Positions 1 through 12,953 of a stretch of 64,000 nucleotides of DNA are shown here, one piece after another; positions within the stretch are counted from its first letter, which is position 1; each line of letters starts with the position of its first letter. This DNA is from the human T2T-CHM13v2.0 reference genome, Homo sapiens. The DNA lies in the NCBI RefSeq assembly GCF_009914755.1, contig NC_060926.1. One strand, given 5' to 3'. A program made the position numbers and the translations under genes. The notes beneath the pieces were generated by a model that saw only the letters and a program-made list of their open reading frames with translations, was not told the origin of the DNA and ran no database searches.

Positions 1-639
1 AGGAATATATACAAATCCATTGGCTTAGCATCTAGTATATTGTACGTACCCAATAAGTGTTATTATTAAAGAGTCTGAGAAATTTTCTAAATGCACTGGT
101 CAATATTAGAAGAAGAAACTAACTCCCAAATATATCTGCCTATTAGGCATCATGGCAGCAGAACAAAAACTATGTTAAAATAATTAAATAAATGCAAGGC
201 AAGGGGTGAGAGAAAACACCATCTGGCAGCTCTCAGTGAGTCATTTAGGAGTGAGTTGGAAGATAATGAAGGCCATTGCATTCTGGTCATGGATGGGTCC
301 TTCTGCTTGGCTGGTGTTATAGCCTTTCTCCGAATAAAAATAGCCCATGCATCCTTTACTGCAGCTCAGTAAACACAGATTATGTGAATAAAAATAAAAG
401 AATGCACAACAAAATCTTTGGGGAGATTTGACACAGTTTATTTTGTTTCTTAGTGTACCCGTGAATTTCAGCACAATCAACAGTTTAATCTGAACAGCAA
501 GGAATTTGTTTTTTGGCTGTTTGAAGTAAGTTTTATACTGTTTTTCTAGCAGAACTGACCATATGAAATACTCATCAGAGCCAGGAAAACAATCTTCAGA
601 TTTAAAGCTGTATGGTGGCTGGAGTGCAGTACTACACAT

Positions 640-830
640 AGAATCATAACAAAAACTCTGATTTGGGTTTAGCCACTTACTACCTGGGAGGACATTGAGT
701 ATTCCCTAAGCCTTAGTTTCTCTTTAACAAAATGATTATGGTAAATAAATCTTGTAATACTTAAATGAGATCAGATGAGAAAGGAGTATAATGTTCTTTT
801 AAAAATGCTTTGTAAATATTAGTTTATTAT
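640..830 (+). mobile_element. MIR SINE remnant
   Basis: Degenerate MIR core: 'gccacttactacctggg...taagccttagtttctc...aaaatg...aaatgagat'. Boundaries approximate. Confidence 0.55.
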
Positions 831-979
831 GAGTAAAGGTAAAATGCTGCTTTTGAAGGACAGTTTCATCTTGTGATTTTAAGATTGAACTTAAAAAAAA
901 AAAAGACTAAACTGACTACCAGTTCCTAGCCAGGCAAAGTTACCTAAATTGGGGGAATTTATTTGGGGAAATAAATTTT

Positions 980-1125
980 GGTGCCTTGGCTTTCTTATCT
1001 GTATAACTGAGATGACAGTAATATATGACCTCACAGAGTTTTTGCTGAGATGCAGTGAGATGGTCTGGATCCAACACTTGAGTACAGTTCCTGCCACGGA
1101 ATGATGATTTGGCTGCTATTGTTAT
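980..1125 (+). mobile_element. MIR SINE remnant (3' part)
   Basis: 'tgccttggctttcttatctgtataa...acctcacagagtttttgctgagat...cacttgagtacagttcctgccac' resembles the MIR 3' half. Confidence 0.55.
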
Positions 1126-1552
1126 ATTTTAATACAAGGGTAAATAGGAGTCTTTCTTTTGTGTTTTGCACTGTTGGCGATTCTGGAATGGTTTACTAAT
1201 ATTTTTACTTTAATCCTGGAGTTATACAGTGATACCTTCTAACACACAGCTGGCACTTTGGAGAGATTACAATGACAAAAAATAAAAGATGGGGACAGAC
1301 CCTTGAAAAGGGAATGGAAGAATAGTTCTAGGTTTTATTTTGTCTTGTTTTAAAAGATATTTCTATTGCTAAATTAACTTTATTTTTAAAAGCATGGATT
1401 AAAGAAGTATTAGTAAACGATAAAAGAAAATGCACAGGTGTGAGGGTTATGAGCCTGAGCTCATAGTCTCCCCCCTGTCAAACATAACTGTCTATGGACA
1501 TTGAATAAATCATTTAATATCATTGGCTCCAAAAGAGATGGATAAACAAGAT

Positions 1553-1728
1553 TTGTGCTTCTCAAGCTTGACCACATATTAGAATAACCAGGAGTACTTT
1601 TGCAAAACAGTATATCTGGCTCCACCGGGTCCACCTCAGAGCAATTGAATTATAATTTCTCTGGTGAAGAACCAGTCTGCAAGCTCATCAGTTGTTTAGG
1701 GTACACAGTGAGGGTTATGGACCACCTG
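1553..1728. mobile_element. MER5-type hAT-Charlie non-autonomous DNA transposon
   Basis: Begins 'gtgcttctcaagcttg...attagaataaccaggag' and ends 'ggaccac', as in MER5A/B. It interrupts a MIR-like tract. Confidence 0.55.
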
Positions 1729-3304
1729 ACTGGGTGATCATTAGGGTCTCTTCCAGCTCTGAAATCTTGTATATCTGTACATATCTTTTTACTACAGTCA
1801 CATACATAAAAAGTACTTCTTAAAATGAAAACATATGTGGCATATTTAGAGAAGGTAAAGGAATTTGATTTAAGCTATTGGCTTCTGGAAATAAGCAAGT
1901 GATTTTCTTGAAGCTTATTGTAAACTATCAACCTCTCTTGCCTTAAGCGAGATGTAATGATTATACTTCAACCTACAGGCTGTATATTTGACTCAGCTAT
2001 CCCCTTTTCAGTTTATCTCTGTTTTTTATGTGAAGAGTTCTGCCATTTTAGTAGCATGGATCTAATGGAGGCAAAATTCTTAATGCGATATTTAAAAACC
2101 ATAAATAAGGCCTCACTTATGGACTACAGGAAGTGAGAAAATATTTCCAGAGAGGGATTTTCTCACCCACTGATCTTAGCATAAAGCATCAGCCTGAAAA
2201 AATGTTTTTTTAAATAGAAATATTCAATGATAAACACCAATAATTTCCATTTATATCATTAAAACGATGGAAGGAACATATGGCTACGATTAGAAGAATG
2301 AACGTTAGTTATGAGGCTGCATTTGCAAGAGACATTAATTAGAACTGAGAGTACCTCAAGTACTTGACTCAGGAAACAAATTGGTTTAATAAGCTGCATG
2401 GTCTGCAGATGCCCTTCCCTCTTCTTTTTCCGTGATTCCAAATAAAGCAGTTTTATCTGTGCAGAGCTAAGCACACTTGAGGAGTCACATGATTTTGTGC
2501 TTCACTTCATTTATGTTTGGAAGCAAGTTGACATGACCCTCATATGGGTAAGGTATCTCTTACAGCAATATACATCCAGGTGAGGGCATAGTCATGTTAA
2601 ATCAGGATCAGATTTTAAACTTTCTATTCAGAGACTTGCCCTTAAAGAGAACTCCATTCATTTGAATACTACAATTGAGTTGCTGATGTGCTGTCTCAAC
2701 TCCTGGAGACGCTCTGCTCTGGGGTGTACTTGAGTGGAGGACACTCCACATGCCCTGTCTTGTGCTTGTATCAGCTCCTGCTGCTTCCTTTGATCAGCAG
2801 TTGATAAAATCTCCCCTGAGGTTTGTGTAGCTGATGAAAGCCATGTATCTGGGATAAGCCTTTGGAATTTGATTTTTGGCATTATCATAATGTTAATATC
2901 CATTAGTACATTTTACAACATAAGCACAAGGCCTTAGATGCAGGGAATTCTCTGGTGAATACCAACTGGGGCAGCTGACATGTGGGTTATGTGGAACCCT
3001 CAAAAGCATATACTGTATCACTTTCTTAAGCTAAGAGAGCTGTAATGACTCTCTTGGGACAAATAAACATTTTGTGTGGAATCTCCACTTGCTTAATTGC
3101 TAGCCTTGAGTTTTAGAGTCCTTGCTACCCTAAGTAAACTTATTTTAATAAAAGTAAACATTTTCAGCTGTTTTTGGCTCTTGGTGAGGAGGCAAAGGTC
3201 AAATGGGAATTGAGGAAGAGCTTGATCACTCAGTAAGGCAACATTTGAAGAGTGAAATAGAAAGGTGGGACATGTAGAGAAGAAGACCAGGGTAAAAGCA
3301 AGGT

Positions 3305-3487
3305 TCTGGAGACAGGCTTCCTGGCTTTTAGCTTACTGCTTGCTTGCTGTAAATCTCAAGGAAGCTACTAAACTCTCTGTGCCTCAGTTTCCTCATCTAT
3401 AAAATGGGTTTAATGACCAAATGAGTTAATACTTGTGATTAGCATAGTGCCTGCACATCAGAAGCAGTCAATAAGTGTTACTGTTCA
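3305..3487 (+). mobile_element. MIR SINE
   Basis: Clear core 'ctctctgtgcctcagtttcctcatctataaaatggg' followed by 'ttagcatagtgcctgcacatcagaagcagtcaataagtgtta'. Confidence 0.8.
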
Positions 3488-5024
3488 TAAGCAGAGCCCT
3501 GTGCTCGTAGTACCTTTACTATCAAGTGGCTATCTTTCTTTAGAACCAGGTCAATTTTATGAGCCTAATTTAAGATTCTTTTACTTTCCTGAGGCTGGTG
3601 CCAAATGGTTTTGTGATGCTAGAGGAGTGTGAACCTCAAATACCAAACCGTCCTTGCTTATAAAGTGTAGAATAATTTAATGCCGCTTATAGGTATGTTG
3701 GAGAAAAAAATAAGGACACCCTTGTAAATATTTTCAGCTCCACTGGGTGCAGCAGAATCAGAAGGTGGTATGTATAATAATTCAGCTTATCAGTCAAAAC
3801 TTCAAAAAAAAATTAACTCCATGACGTGGGACATTTTCTAGTAGATAAATCTTTTACTGTTTAGATCTCCGAATCACAATAAGAAATGCTATTGAAGTAT
3901 AACTGATTCCCAGATTGTGTCAATACAAGTATTTAGTTTCCGCCATTTATTAAAAACAAAACAAAAACTCGTTCACTTATTTATTTTTAATATACCCCAC
4001 GTAGTTCCAGAAAGTATTTAATGCCACTGAAAAGCACTTGTTGAATAGGTTCAGAAAACAGGAGTTAGATACTTTTATCATCTTGTGGCTTTCAATATCA
4101 CCACTTGATAGAAGTCAATAATAGTCTTCTTCCAAGTTACACTTAAACACAGATCTTTGACTGCCACATGTATTACTCATTAAAATCCAATAGAAACAAA
4201 ATAAAAAACTGTCTAGGCCACTTGTTAGGGAGTTCAGGATTCAATATCCATATTATTTATTATTATATTATGAATGAACTATACATTGATACCACAGTGG
4301 TCATGTTATCATAGTTCTTGACACTTCTTGGAAGGCCCTTCTTTCTGACCCCACCCAATCTTCAGTTCCTCTAATGTGTTTGTGGTTACTTTTCTTATAG
4401 CCTAATTGGGTCCTAAAGTAAGAAATGAATGTGTGGTGGTCAGGGAGTTGTTTCCTTTGACACATACTAGGACTTTAGTAAGTGGTGGTGGTGGTGGTGG
4501 TCAATGTTCCTTTCATACAGAACATAATAAGCTTGAAGAAAATTGAAGGAGCCCAGGGAGCCTGGGGTATAGTGCTACCATTCAACTAACTGTAAGAACT
4601 TGGTCAAGATGCTTGATTCCCTTCAAACTCAGCTCTTAATCTACAAAATGAAGCGAATGAGCTAGTTCCATATTCTCCTTTCTAACTTGCAATTATCTTA
4701 AGATACTAGGCATCAGCATAATTGTAGACCTTTTAGCAGTTACAGTATGACCTAAAAAATTTCTTAAAATTGTGTTTAGTTTGCACGTATAACACAAAAC
4801 CAAAATATTGAGGTTGTAATATATACAGATACCTGACACAGATAATCAAAGCTTTTCATTCTTTTATATCATTTTACTGTCATATTATTATGTGTCCCTT
4901 GGCTTCTACCATTTTATTATTCTTGGAGGGAGGTTTATCTATGTATTTATTTACTGCATGAAATGCAGACATATAATTGAGAAGGAATATATTCTTGTCA
5001 GGCAAGTTGCTAACATTAACATAA

Positions 5025-5740
5025 ATTAATTCAAGAAATATTTATTCAGTCATCTAGTAAATAGGAATAAAACAATGAATAACACATGGGGCTTGCCCCA
5101 AGAAGCTTATGGTCTAATGGGAGTACTGAAAAGTAAATAGATAATTATAGAACTGTGTGACACAGATGATGACTGGGGAACGAGCAGAGTGCAAGATGAA
5201 CACAAGTGGAGACCTAATCCAACTGGGGAGATCAACACAGACTCCGCAGAAGACATGGTATCTAAGCAGATGACAACTGGGGTTATTTGGAATATAGGAT
5301 TATTTCAGGCAGGATAAGCAGCTCATGCAAGAGCCTGGAGGTGTGAGAGAATCATGCTTTTCCAGGAACTGAAAATAACTCACCATATGTATTGAGCAGG
5401 AGAGGAAAGGACATAGCAGTATGAAAAGGTGAGGATTTAGAGGTACACAAGGAGTTTGGGTTTCATCCTGAGGACAATGAGGAGACACTGGAGGGTTTTC
5501 ATAAGAAGGGTAACATACAATATTAACATTTAAGAACAAACAAAAAATGCAAGGGTGTGGCAAATGTTATGGAGTAGAGCAGAGCTGGAGACAAGGTGAT
5601 CAGTCAGAGCACTGTAACAATTAGATAGGCTAGAAGGGATAATGGGCTAAATCAAAGTAGAGGCAACAGGGAAAGAGAAAAGAAGACAGATTCGGGAAAT
5701 ATTAAGGAGACAGAATCAATAGGATTTGATGATTGGTTCA
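5025..5740 (-). mobile_element. L2 LINE fragment
   Basis: Reverse-complement L2 3' end ('ttcaagaaatatttatt...agcttatggtctaatgggag') followed by purine-rich L2 body ('gaatcaataggatttgatgattgg'). Confidence 0.7.
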
Positions 5741-5758
5741 TTCAAAAATATGTGTTGG

Positions 5759-6030
5759 GGCCGGGAGTGGTGGCTCACACCTGTAATCCCAGCACTTTGG
5801 GAGGCTGAGGAGGGTGGATCACAAGGTCAGGAGTTTGAGACCAGCCTGGCCAATATGGTGAAACCCCACCTCTACTAAAATCACAAAAATTAGCCGGGCG
5901 CGGTAGCAGGCGCTTATAGTCCCAGCTACTCTGGAGGCTGAGGGAAGAGAATCGCTTGAATCCAGGAGGATTCACACCACTGCACTCCAGCCTTTGTGAC
6001 AGAGGGAGATGCCATCTCAAAAAAAAAAAA
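5759..6030 (+). mobile_element. Alu (AluS, Sg-like) with ~22-bp deletion in the right arm
   Basis: GGCCGGG start, A-rich linker and poly(A) tail. 'ccaggagg|attcacaccactgcac' lacks the usual 'cggaggttgcagtgagccgag'. 'gtgttgg' is repeated on both flanks. Confidence 0.95.
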
Positions 6031-6039
6031 AGTGTTGGA

Positions 6040-6905
6040 TTTCTGTTTCTGGTCATTATGTGGTAGCTGGTATTGGACATATGCTCCCACTGTAAATAAC
6101 TATGAGGTCTGGACCAACTATTTAAAACACTATTTGTAGGCACTGGATAGCAGCTCAGTGCTGAGCTACAATCCTTGCAAAAAGGAAACATATAAGGTAA
6201 GCTACAGATTCACACAAAGTTTCTCTCATAGAGCATTTCTCAGGCCATAGTGTAGGGAGATAGACCCCAGTAGAGAGCATCAGTTTTGCCAAATGAAGGA
6301 TATAGAGATCAAGCTGTAGGATATAGCATGTGGCTACTAAGTTGGCTGAGATTTGGGACAAGAGCATCAAAAATAGGAAGCTGCAGAGAAAAAATCCAAA
6401 TAAACGGAAATCTAAGTGAAAATTCGTCTTAGGTATTTGGCTGACTCCTGGACTATGCAAGCACAAGAAGAGATTTCAGAAGGTTTGGAAGAGAGTCTCT
6501 TCTGAGAGGCTGAGGGCTAAGAAGACTGCCCTGTGCAGGAAAGATGTTGGAGTGCAAGCCCATCTGGAATGGAGAGACCTCGATGAAACACATAGGCAAT
6601 TAATTAGATCCCAGAAAGGCCACACTGTGCAAGTAAGTGCTATGTCTTAAGAGTAAAAACTAGAATGGGCCACCCTAACAAAGCCTAAAACCAAGACTTA
6701 ACAAGATAAGGTAAATTTTTAGTAATTTAACTGCTTGCTGTAATAAAACTCAACCTTCTTTAGAATAAGACAACATAATGTAGTGCTTCTACAATGTTTG
6801 TCTATAATGTTCACTATTCAACAAAAAGTTATCACACACTTGAAGAAGGAACAGTATCTGATAATCAAGTGATTAAAACTGTCAATAAAAGCAAACCTAG
6901 AGACA
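6040..6905 (+). mobile_element. Ancient L1 (L1M) 5'-region fragment
   Basis: Starts 'ttctgtttctggtcattatg...ctcccactgtaaataacta' and ends in an A-rich ORF1-proximal tract typical of old L1M 5' ends. Confidence 0.5.
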
Positions 6906-6909
6906 GCGC

Positions 6910-7740
6910 TAACAAGAATTTCCTATATGTAGAGCATTTCCTATGTGCAGATACTGTTTTAGCTGTCAACAAGGCAGAAAAATATCCCTGAGCTCACTGA
7001 GCTTATCTTCTTGAAAGAGAAAACAATGTATAAGATAAATAAGTAAAGTATTTGATATATTAGATGGTAGAAAATGTCATAGAGAAAGAGAAAGTACAGA
7101 AACAACATAGGGAATGTTAAGAGGGTGGGATTTTAATAGAGGACCAGGGAAAGACTAAATGTGTGGGGCTAATGAAGGGCAAAATGAAAAGATGACATCC
7201 ATGGTTTGAGCTTGTGCCTTTATACTGCTTTGAGACAGGCAATTTAAAAGGCGGAGGAGGCTTACTTTTTAAAGGATGATATTCAGAAAATGTTTACTGT
7301 GAGGTGCCTATGAGACTTTAATTGGAATTTCATAATAAGCAATTAGACACATTAATTTGGAGAGAAGAAGATATCTATTCTAGGGATGTTAATTTGGAAG
7401 TGATCAACATATGGTAAAAATTTTAACAGTACAAGAAGGGAAAACTCTGAAGTGCTTCAGGATTTAAAATACAGACCTGAGATATAGAAATAATAAGTGA
7501 TAAATAACTGGATAGATGGAATAATGCAATAGAATATGTCATCATAATAGTCAAGTGTTTTAGCAAGAGGAAGTGGTCAGCAATTCCAAATATTGAGAAA
7601 TCAAATGAGCACTAAAATCTTTTCTTGGATTAGTAAACAAAAAACTTGGTAAAAATTATTCTGATTACAGTATGGGGCAGAATTCAGATTGTACTGAGAT
7701 GAAGAGAAAATAAGATGTAATTCTGATAAGATATTGACAA
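6910..7740 (-). mobile_element. L2 LINE fragments
   Basis: 'agagcatttcctatgtgcagatactgttttag...ctcactgagcttatc' and 'tgaggtgcctatgagac...aagcaattagac' are L2 motifs. Confidence 0.6.
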
Positions 7741-7798
7741 TGGTAAATGTGGCCATAAGGGGCAGTATTTGAGAGCGTTTTCAGGTTACGGGAGTGGA

Positions 7799-7852
7799 GT
7801 GTGTGTGTGTGTGTGTGTGTGTGCATGTGTGTGTGAGTGTATGGGTGTGTGT
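7799..7852 (+). repeat. (GT)n microsatellite, interrupted
   Basis: Read directly from the sequence. Confidence 0.95.
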
Positions 7853-10236
7853 CTTTTCAGATGAAAGACTTAAACACATGAAGTGTACTTAAATACTTTT
7901 TGAAGGACTACTTAACTATGCAATCTAGATTGGAAACTAATGAGAGCATGATAATGTCTAGGTTAGGCACATAGTATTTTATTTTCTGGGATGATTCTTC
8001 ATTGCTACCTGAGGCACAGAGGAAACTGCTTTAGTGCTTGTTACACAGTCTCTCAGGTGATATTATTGTCAAATCTTGCACACCAGAAATTCTAGCTTTA
8101 TCTCAGATTCTTTTTCATTTAATATGATATAAGTAAATTTTTTCCATCCAAAATATTACAAGGAAAACAACTGGAAGACAACTTTACGACAATTTTTGTT
8201 CATGAGTTTACTTAACATTGGCTCAAGCAAAGTTTTGGCCTAGCACAATTTATATACATCTCATTACAAGAAACTTTTAAAATTACCACTATTACTATTT
8301 TTGAGATTGGAATCTAAAAATAGTTTTAAATGAATGACACTTTTCTCTGCATAATATTTCTTTGTGTTTATACACATTATTTCTTAAGGAGATGTTTATT
8401 ATAATCTAGCTTAACCACAGAGCCCACATTATAATAATTAATATCTTTGTTAGTAATTAAACACTGGCAAAAATTTTAAGGAAGAATTCTGTGCAAATAG
8501 AGTTTTTTCTGTTAATAGATGTATATGAACAAAGTGTAATTACTCTTAGAAGCCCATTATCTTCTTCATTCAGGATTAAACTAAGAAATATTCAAGATGA
8601 CCCTGATTAGATTTTCAGGAATAAAGTGATAAAAATATTAGAATATATTTGAGGACTTGTACCATAATATCCCAAGAAAAAATAAGGGGAAATTTTGAAG
8701 TGCATGTTTATGACAATAGAAATGAATTGTGACAAAAACATTATACCCATTGAATGTATTCGAATGTATGAGCTTGCTCTGATGAGAGAAAGACATCAAA
8801 ATTAATTAATTTATCAACTACCTTTTACTTTGAAGAGTGCAAAAAATATATACTTGAAATACATATTTTTCCGAGAATCACTCACTGATATTTGAGACAT
8901 TCAAATTTTCAGCTAATTTAGGACATTTTCCTGAGTTTTAATGCTTTCTGCAGACTCTTTGTTACTGAAATGTCATCTTGACATCTTTTGCATTAAAAAA
9001 CATCTAGTTATCCTAAAGTGTCTCTTTATTCATGAATAAATGCAGATCATAAAGAAAGATAAGCTATTTTAACAAGTCATTTTGAAAGATTAATTATTGT
9101 TTTATTATACTGCTAATGCTCAGAGTGATCATACGACACTTAAGCTATCTTGGTCCAGATAGATTTGAAAATAACCAAAGGAATTTAGTGGGAATAATGA
9201 CAGTGTATAGTGTTGCTGGAGGGAGTATATTGAACAGGATAACCTGCTGTGCTCCTCAAACCCAGGGGGAAAGATTATTCTTAACAGGGCATGAAACCAG
9301 ATACTGATCTGAGTTCAATTAGCAGCTCTGAAAGTCTGGCTGCATCTTGAAATACAATATCATTTAGTATGTGATTTATATTTAGTAAAGTTCATGTTTT
9401 AAATATGAATATGATTTGTTGTTTATTAAAGTCATATTTTCATTGCAGTAGACTAAAAGTAGCTTACAGAGATGGGCAATTCATATTTTACACACAGATA
9501 TTCTTTCTGAGGAAACTTACCTAAACTTCTGTGGTATAATGTGAGATTTGTGTTTGAGATTAGAAGCTGACTCTACATTGTTGGAGGCAGGAGGAGAAAT
9601 ATAAACGCCTTTTTCACCCTGTTCCCTGGTAGTTGTCCACCATCTGAAGTGTGGCTGTTTTCCATCCTCAGATGGTCTGGAATAAGGTCAAACAAACCAA
9701 GGCTACTCAAAAGAGAGCATTATCCTTGGCCTCCCTCCCTCCCTCTACTTTCTTGTCAAGGTCTAGAAATACTACAGAGTTCTTTGTTTCAAACTTTCAG
9801 CCCTTTTAGAGAACACTAAATAGCCAAGCACGCAGGCATTATGGATGTCTAATATCCATTCAAAGATTAACTCAGTTTTGGGAGTAGTCACTAAGGCTTT
9901 TCATCTGTCATTGGGAAGTGCTTTATACAAAGGCTGTTGGATTAAAATTTTCCCCTGTTGCTTAGAAGGGAAACCTGAGTGCTGTCACCTCACATGGCAA
10001 TTTGCATGAGTCTCTGGATTTTCCTGGATTTTGTGACAACACATTAAAGAATATTTACAGCTGTTAAAAACTCTTTCGTACACATGCAAGTGACCAATCC
10101 TTTTAAGTGTTGGTGAGTCCAAGAGAATGAGCCTACCAACTAGTCCTCCAGTCAGCCATCATCAGTGAAAAAGGAACCAAGAACTCGTTCTTGTGGTTTA
10201 AAGCCAAAACTGACATTAGTTAAAAAGATATTTCCT

Positions 10237-10457
10237 GGCTGGGTGCAGTGGCTCATACCTGTAGTCCTAGCACTTTGTGAGGCTGAGGTGGGAGGATCCT
10301 TTGAGCCCAAGTGTTCAACACCAGCCTGGGTATCATAGCCAGACCCTGTATTTCCCAGCTACTTGGGAGGCTGAGGTGGGAGGATCACTTGGGCTCAGGA
10401 GTTTGAGACCAGCCTAGGCAACATAGTGAGACTCTATCTCTACAGATAATAAAAAAT
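10237..10457 (+). mobile_element. Old Alu (AluJ/FLAM-like) made of two left-arm-like monomers
   Basis: Two consecutive 'gaggctgaggtgggaggatc...accagcct.gg' units with no A-rich linker. The second unit lacks the right-arm-specific insert. Confidence 0.85.
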
Positions 10458-10492
10458 GATAGACAGCTTCTGACCTAATCAGTGACCTTGCT

Positions 10493-10866
10493 TATGGTGG
10501 ATAATTTTATGTGACACTTTGGCTGGCCATGATGCTGATTTTTGTCAAACATTATTCTGAATGTTTCTGTAAAGGTGTTTTTGGATGAGATTAACAGTTA
10601 AATTGGTGGAGTAGAAAAGATTACGCTCCATAATGTGGGTGGGTCTCATCTAGTCAGTTGAAGGCTGTAAGAGACGAAGACTAAACTTCCTGAGCAAGAA
10701 GAAATTCTGCCAGCAGAGTGCCTGTGGGCTCAGACTGCTTCTTCCCCAGTCTCCAGCCTGCTTTCTTACCCCATTAGATTTTGCACTCACCAAGCCTCCA
10801 CAATTATGTGAGTCAAATTTTAAAAATAAATCTCTTTCTCTGTTACTGTCCCTCTCTCTCTCTCTC

Positions 10867-10903
<37 letters not shown>

Positions 10904-10983
10904 AGAGAGAGACATGTATATACAAATACATATGTATATACACACATATTGTTGATTCTGTTTTTCAGAATAACTGACTAATA
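10493..10983 (+). mobile_element. MLT2 (ERVL) solo LTR with internal (CT)n(CA)n(GA)n microsatellite
   Basis: 'tggtggataattttatgtgac...tttttggatgagattaaca...ccataatgtgggtgggtctcatc...tgactaat' matches MLT2. The microsatellite is at 10852-10911. Confidence 0.85.
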
Positions 10984-12649
10984 TGCTGCTTAAAAATACA
11001 ATTAATGCCTGACTCATGAAAAGAACCCTGAATTATTGAATGAGTCAATGAATAAAAATATATACCAGGAATTTTTTTTGTAAAAAATAGTTTAATAGTA
11101 AAATCTTTGGGGACAAAGAGTGGTTTTTAATACCTTTGAACCCAAAATAAATTGAAAGTAGGGTAAGGTGCAGTCTTCCTTAGTGAGTTGTAAAACTTGA
11201 AAGTTTAAAAATGAACTAGTTCAGGAAAAAAAAAAAAAGTCTGCATTCTAGCCTTGGCATTGCATATCATTAGCTTTGGAACCCTCGATCTCTCTAGGCC
11301 TCCAATTATTCAACTATAAAATGACAAATGTGGGTTAGTTGGTAGGTTATACAATCCCTTAATTCCATAATTCCCTCTAAAGACCTTTCCAGTATGGTCA
11401 TTCTGATTATATCACTAATCTAGAGGTATTTTACTAACCAGATCCCAATGCAATGATATTGTAGCACACATCAAGTCTTCATGGTTAAATGGTTAATGGG
11501 AAATTTAAAAAGTGTAGTCACTGGGTGCAAGAAGGTATTTGTTTTCCAGTAGGCACTGTAGAGGAAAGCTTAGAGATAACAGAAGTTTCTTGAATTTACA
11601 GTTGATAAATGAATGTTAAAATCCCCTTTGTACTGTTCTTTGAGAATGAAGGAATCAAGGCCTCATCACTAAATTGTATCATGAATAAAAGGTCTTTTAT
11701 TTACATTCATTGCTTTGCCTATGTAGGAACTTGGTTGTTTGCCAACAACTTAATGTCTTGAGAAAGCTATAGGTCATTTTGCAGCCCAGCATTTAATAGC
11801 ACCATCTCACAAATCTGATTAAATCTTTTCATTTTGTCACTAGTTTGGGAGGACAGTACAAGCTCCAAATAATAAAACTTGAATGACCCAAACAGCAGTT
11901 TATGTCTCATCTCCAAACATCTTTCTTTTATAGAAAATTCTATAAATTTTCTCTGCCATATTCATTGAATGAAGTGATTTTTCTAAGCTGAAAAATAAAA
12001 GATCATTGCAATTGTGAATCTTGTCAAAGAACAAAGGAATATATGTTCCTATAAAAATTTTTAAAAAGGATTCCTGATTTGGCAAATTATGACAATCTCC
12101 AGAGTTATTCCTCAGCCTGGTGTAGGTTTACTAACTATTTACATAGTCTCAGAATTAAAAAATAATTCTTCCAACTAAAAAAAAAAGAAAATGTGTGTGG
12201 TTTTTTTTTTTTTTTTGGATAAGGCATGAGTTACAGAGTGCTTGCTTTTATTGAATATTATAGGAAACAAATATCAGCATGATCAATATTAACTGGAATT
12301 CAGTTAAGGTTATTTTTTCCTAAAATAAAGTTGCTTTTTGTTGAAAACTCAATACTTGATATTAGAAAATAAAGACAAAAGAACATTTAAAATGATAAGA
12401 ATCCTGCCACCTAACAACCACTGTGCATAATGAAATACTATATATTCTTTCATATGGGTTTTTATAGATGCCTCTCCTAACTCCCTAGCTCGAAAAAACA
12501 AATACACACATAAACCAGATGTCTTCAATACTGACTAGTCTGTGAAGTCAAAATGAGGCCATATTTTCTTTGATGTTAAAATCATGATACTCCCAAGCCC
12601 CTGCATGCCTATAATTATGAAGCCTTGATTTTTCCTTGCCTTTTAGTGG

Positions 12650-12953
12650 TTTTATTGTTCGTTTGTTTTTGGAGATAGGCTCTCGCTCTGTCATCCAGGC
12701 TGGGATGTAATGGTGTGATAACAGCTCACTACAGCCTCAACCTCCTAGGCTCAAGAAATCTTCCTGCCTCAGCCTCCTGAGTAGCTGGGACTGCAGGTGA
12801 ACACCACCACACCCAGCTAATTTTTTTAATTTTTTGTAGAAATGGGGTCTCCCTATGGTGCCCAGGCTAGTCTCAAACTCCTGGTCTTGAGCATTTCTCC
12901 TCCTTCGACCTCCCAAAGTATTGGGATTATAGGCATGAGCCACTCTGCATGCC
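12650..12953 (-). mobile_element. AluJ
   Basis: Reverse-complement dimeric Alu with J-type diagnostics ('cagctcactacagcctcaacctcctaggctcaag'). Confidence 0.93.

Noticed and set aside
2658-2903. 81-aa minus-strand ORF with a coiled-coil-like Q/E/R stretch in apparently unique DNA
   Set aside because: No homology I can recognise and no supporting promoter or splice context. Its length is within chance expectation.
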